In this document: positions 60,654-64,000 of the stretch, in pieces | Layout: every line of letters starts with the position of its first letter | Position numbering within the stretch: position 1 is the stretch's first letter | Assembly (NCBI GenBank): GCA_010093705.1 | Contig: MU006096.1 | Coordinates: forward strand, 642,004-706,003 | Length of the DNA stretch: 64,000 bases | Reading direction: 5' to 3' | DNA from: Patellaria atrata CBS 101060 | Taxonomy: Eukaryota | Notes under the pieces: model-generated | Seen by the model: only the letters and a program-made list of their open reading frames with translations | Database searches by the model: none | Told to the model about the DNA's origin: nothing | Program-made: the position numbers and the translations under genes

Positions 60654-61580
60654 TCAATCTATACTCGGCCCGAGTACTATGAGACTGAATCTGAGCTCTC
60701 CACCACCGACCTCTTGCTCGCGCTTGATAAAACTCCTCACACCCAAGTCGAGTGCTATTTCGGAGAGAACATCTTCCTCAGCGCCTAGAATGCCTCGTTT
60801 TAAGGGTCCTTTGCGTCGACCGTCAAGTTCCCACAGTGCATTATCTTCAGACTTGATAAAGCAGACATAATGTAGATCCACTTTATCATCCGCCGCGGGA
60901 GCCGCCGTATCACCACCGCTCGCCGCTTCTTGATGCGCACTTTCAAGGGCTTGCGATTCGTAGAGTAAGTCGGCCCGATCCATTGGTTTAAGTGGGATTG
61001 CGTCTGCGAGCAGCTTTGCAAGCTGAGTTTCCGGTTCTGTTTAGTACGTTAGGAAGTTTTCGACTACAATGCAAATGGATGGAACAATGGGCACGTGGGA
61101 ATGTTCAAAAAGAAAAGCCACACACCTATGAATGCCCGTGCAGCGCCGTTTGAGACACCATGGAGCAGACCTATTAAGCCACAAGCGTTTCCTATCGTCT
61201 GCTTATACCATACTACTTCTTCTTGAGGGCCAGAGCCATTATACTCTTCCTTATCTGCGTCCTCGTTTCTTCGAAAACCTTCGTATGTCTCGCTAACGGG
61301 AAAGACTAGTAACAGAGCGTAGGCTGGTCGAGGCGTGAAGGCCAGAAGTTCTGGGTCGTCTATGGAGAAGACGTCTTGAAAGCCCAATTTTTTGGACATA
61401 CCAAGATTGTGCATCAAAGTGGACATCACCTCAGGATTGTTTTCTATCCCAGTTAGTTTCTTTGATCATATAATTAGGACACTTGAGAGATCAACCTAAT
61501 GGGATGAACCTCTTGCGGGATCTTGGTACATCCGGGTTATCCAGATTATGATCATCTATCTTTTCCTGAACGGTAGCCAT
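60654..61580 (-). CDS. YUH1: Ubiquitin C-terminal hydrolase, peptidase C12 (UCH-L3/Yuh1)
   Basis: FIPLENNPEVM, KQTIGNACGLIGLLH, LHYVCF, LWELDGRRKGP. Two introns. Confidence 0.93.
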
Positions 61581-62089
61581 TTTGGAAAGGCCTCAAAGGT
61601 TGAAGGAGTTACAGGGTATCGGGTAGATAGAGGGAAGCTCTCGAAGTTATAGTATCAATGGAAGAAAATGTGGAAGCAGACGCGGCATGGTGGGGTACTT
61701 GAACTCGGGGTTGACGCGAAGTCAGCAGCCTGGCGCCTGCTAAGTTCTAGGCAGATGTCACATACCGCCGAAATAAGGACTCGGGAGTTGGACTCTTTAT
61801 TTTATGAGAAAAAGGGGGAGTGAGAAGGATTTTAAGATGGAACACCGAGGGACACCGGGATATTAAAGAGAAACAAATATTTGCTGCAAAACCCCCTTTT
61901 ACCGACCCCTATTTGATATGTTGCGACAACTCAGCGTAAATAGTACATTTTCTATATCTACACATCACGGCCGTTAACCGTCTTTGTTACTCAAAACTTT
62001 TTGTCTGGCTTGAACTCCGAACAAAAGATTAAAAGTCTGCCCCGCAGAAGTACTCCTCATACTTTATTATTAGAATGCGATGGGGAAGT

Positions 62090-63978
62090 TTAACCTAACA
62101 CCATGCCTCGTAATCCTGCCATATCACCTTCTTTTGCTGCAATTTCAAAATAGCCATAGATGATAGTAACCGCAAGCAAAATACCGGTACCACTGCCGAG
62201 AGCGCCGAGGAGATCACTGGCAACTGAGAGAGCACCAATGCAAGCACCACCAAAAGCGGCCTATCAGAAATTAATATGGGTACATGATCATTTGGGAAAA
62301 TTTCAAAACTTACAGCAGTTGGGATGACACGCTTCAATTCCTTGTACATGCTCTGTTCACGGTGACCAGCCATAACAAGACCTTGTTCCTTGAGCTGCTT
62401 CGCAACGTCACGTGGGCTGCTTCCAGAGACCTCGATCCACTAAGAAAGAGATTAGCATTAACGATTGACTAAGCGTGGAGATGGAAATACTTACGGTCTT
62501 TGAGAAAACAGCACAAGCAACCAACATATAAGCTATGTAGACAGCTGTGTGAACAGGATCAAGAAGAGCTTCAGTAAAATTAAGAGGTGGAGACATGTAG
62601 TACGCAATTCCAGAAGCGGCATAAAGTTGGGCAGATCCATCGCGACTCTCCCAAACACCGATGAGACGGACCAGGAGGTTCTCAGAGAAGCGAGAATAGA
62701 GCATCTGGCTGACAAGGAAGATGTTGGAGGATAGAGCAGACTGCAACATGATAGGCATGTTTGAGGTGTAGAACAAGCGGACTGGGTAGCTACCGCGCAT
62801 ACCTCTCTGGCGTGAGGATTTGACCGGAATTTCAACACGGAAACCTTGGAGATAGATGACCGCAGCAAAGACAGCAACGGTAGCCAGCAAGTTCATAATG
62901 TTGGGAAGGTTCTGTCTGTAGAAAGCCTCACGGAGAGCCAATTGCTTGTTGGGCCAAGTGATCAGAAGATGGAATAGAGCGATGATCGCGCCCTCAAACT
63001 CGGGGCCTCTGCCGGTATTGACAGTGGTGGGAGAGAATGCCTTCCAGACGATAGATTCGCAGATGTTGGTCGCAATGAAGAGCGAAATACCGGAGCCAAG
63101 ACCATAACCCTTCTGGAGAAGTTCGTCCAAAAGGATGACGATGAGGCCAGCAATGACGAGCTGAACAACCAAAAGAACACAGACACCCATGCCAAGATCA
63201 GAAGGTTGACCGTATAGACCGGTAATAACATACACGCAAGCTTGACCAAAGGAGAGGATGATCGCAAGGAGTTTTTGGGCAGTCTGGTAAAGTTCACGGT
63301 CGCTTTTAAGGTCACTAATCAACTGCGTTAGCTTATGTCGGTCCGAATGAATTATATGTTCCCGTCCGATGCACAGTTCAGATGGGAAGACCCAGGAGCA
63401 GGGGTTGGACATACAGATTCACGTCGATAAGGTGAGTACCAGCTAGAAGCTGGAAAACCATTCCTGAAGAAATAATTGGTGTGATACCCAATTCCATCAA
63501 TGTACCTCTGTTACTAGCCAACATCATACGTAGCCAATATAGGGGGTCAGAGGTGTCCGATGACACAATACCATACCTGAGAATGTTAGAGAGGATTTTG
63601 CAGGCTATTAGTCGTCTTCTGAACTCACAATGGCATCTGGCTCATGACCAAGAAGATCAATAGTGTCGTTCCTGTCCATACTAGACGCTAAAAGCCGGTA
63701 GCTATTAGCAAGTATAATTTGTGGGTGTGATTCAGCTCCAGTGCGAAATCTCCGTATCCCTTGAGCTCGGAGGTTCCCTTTGGTTGAAATTGAGGTCGCC
63801 ATACCTGATTGAAAGCAACCTTGGTCTCCGGAGAGCTAACCTCTGGTAGTAGAGGTGTAAATGGTTTCACCAAATCGAGAAAACGTACTGCGCACAGAAA
63901 ATAAAAACATTAGCAAGGTCCCTGAATTGTGAGTTACATCGAAGCTGGATGAAAAGGGATAGACTCACAGCCGCTCAT
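62090..63978 (-). CDS. SEC61: Protein translocon subunit Sec61 alpha
   Basis: [64 protein letters not shown]. Six introns. Confidence 0.97.
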
Positions 63979-64000
63979 GTTGGACTTATCGCTGGACCAA

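Noticed and set aside
63577..63628. Possible stwintron in SEC61 (next exon starts GTATGG)
   Set aside because: Single splicing gives the conserved PLYGIVSS, so the GTATGG is ordinary coding sequence.

Overview
Gene-dense window from a filamentous ascomycete (Pezizomycotina-type) nuclear genome, with short GT-AG introns and CTRAC/CTAAT branch sites. About 25 protein-coding genes are supported: F-box/WD/UIM protein, a Zip2/SHOC1-like protein, GFA protein, Asi-type RING ligase, MDR dehydrogenase, uridine kinase, GID8, GH125, PhoD-like protein, POP4, a fused alpha-beta succinyl-CoA-ligase-like protein, SUMO, Nup84, aldehyde reductase, glutaredoxin, PaxB-type terpene cyclase, Ipk2, La-Arb1, a Git3/Gpr1 GPCR, UCH and Sec61, plus orphans. 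There is also a decayed C6 transcription factor and RIP-like transposon debris at about 42.5-46.1 kb and 50.6-51.0 kb. Main unexplained signals: (1) two dispersed loci (~29.4 kb and ~51.25 kb) with a Pol III A-box and B-box inside a closing stem, enclosing tandem TTTCCTWT(A)GTCA motifs, followed by hairpins and a T-run, suggesting a non-tRNA small RNA family; (2) two box C/D snoRNAs in GID8 introns; (3) an SCS alpha-beta fusion with an N-terminal presequence, a presequence-like internal linker and a C-terminal PTS1 (SRL). All calls were made by eye; no database searches were run.
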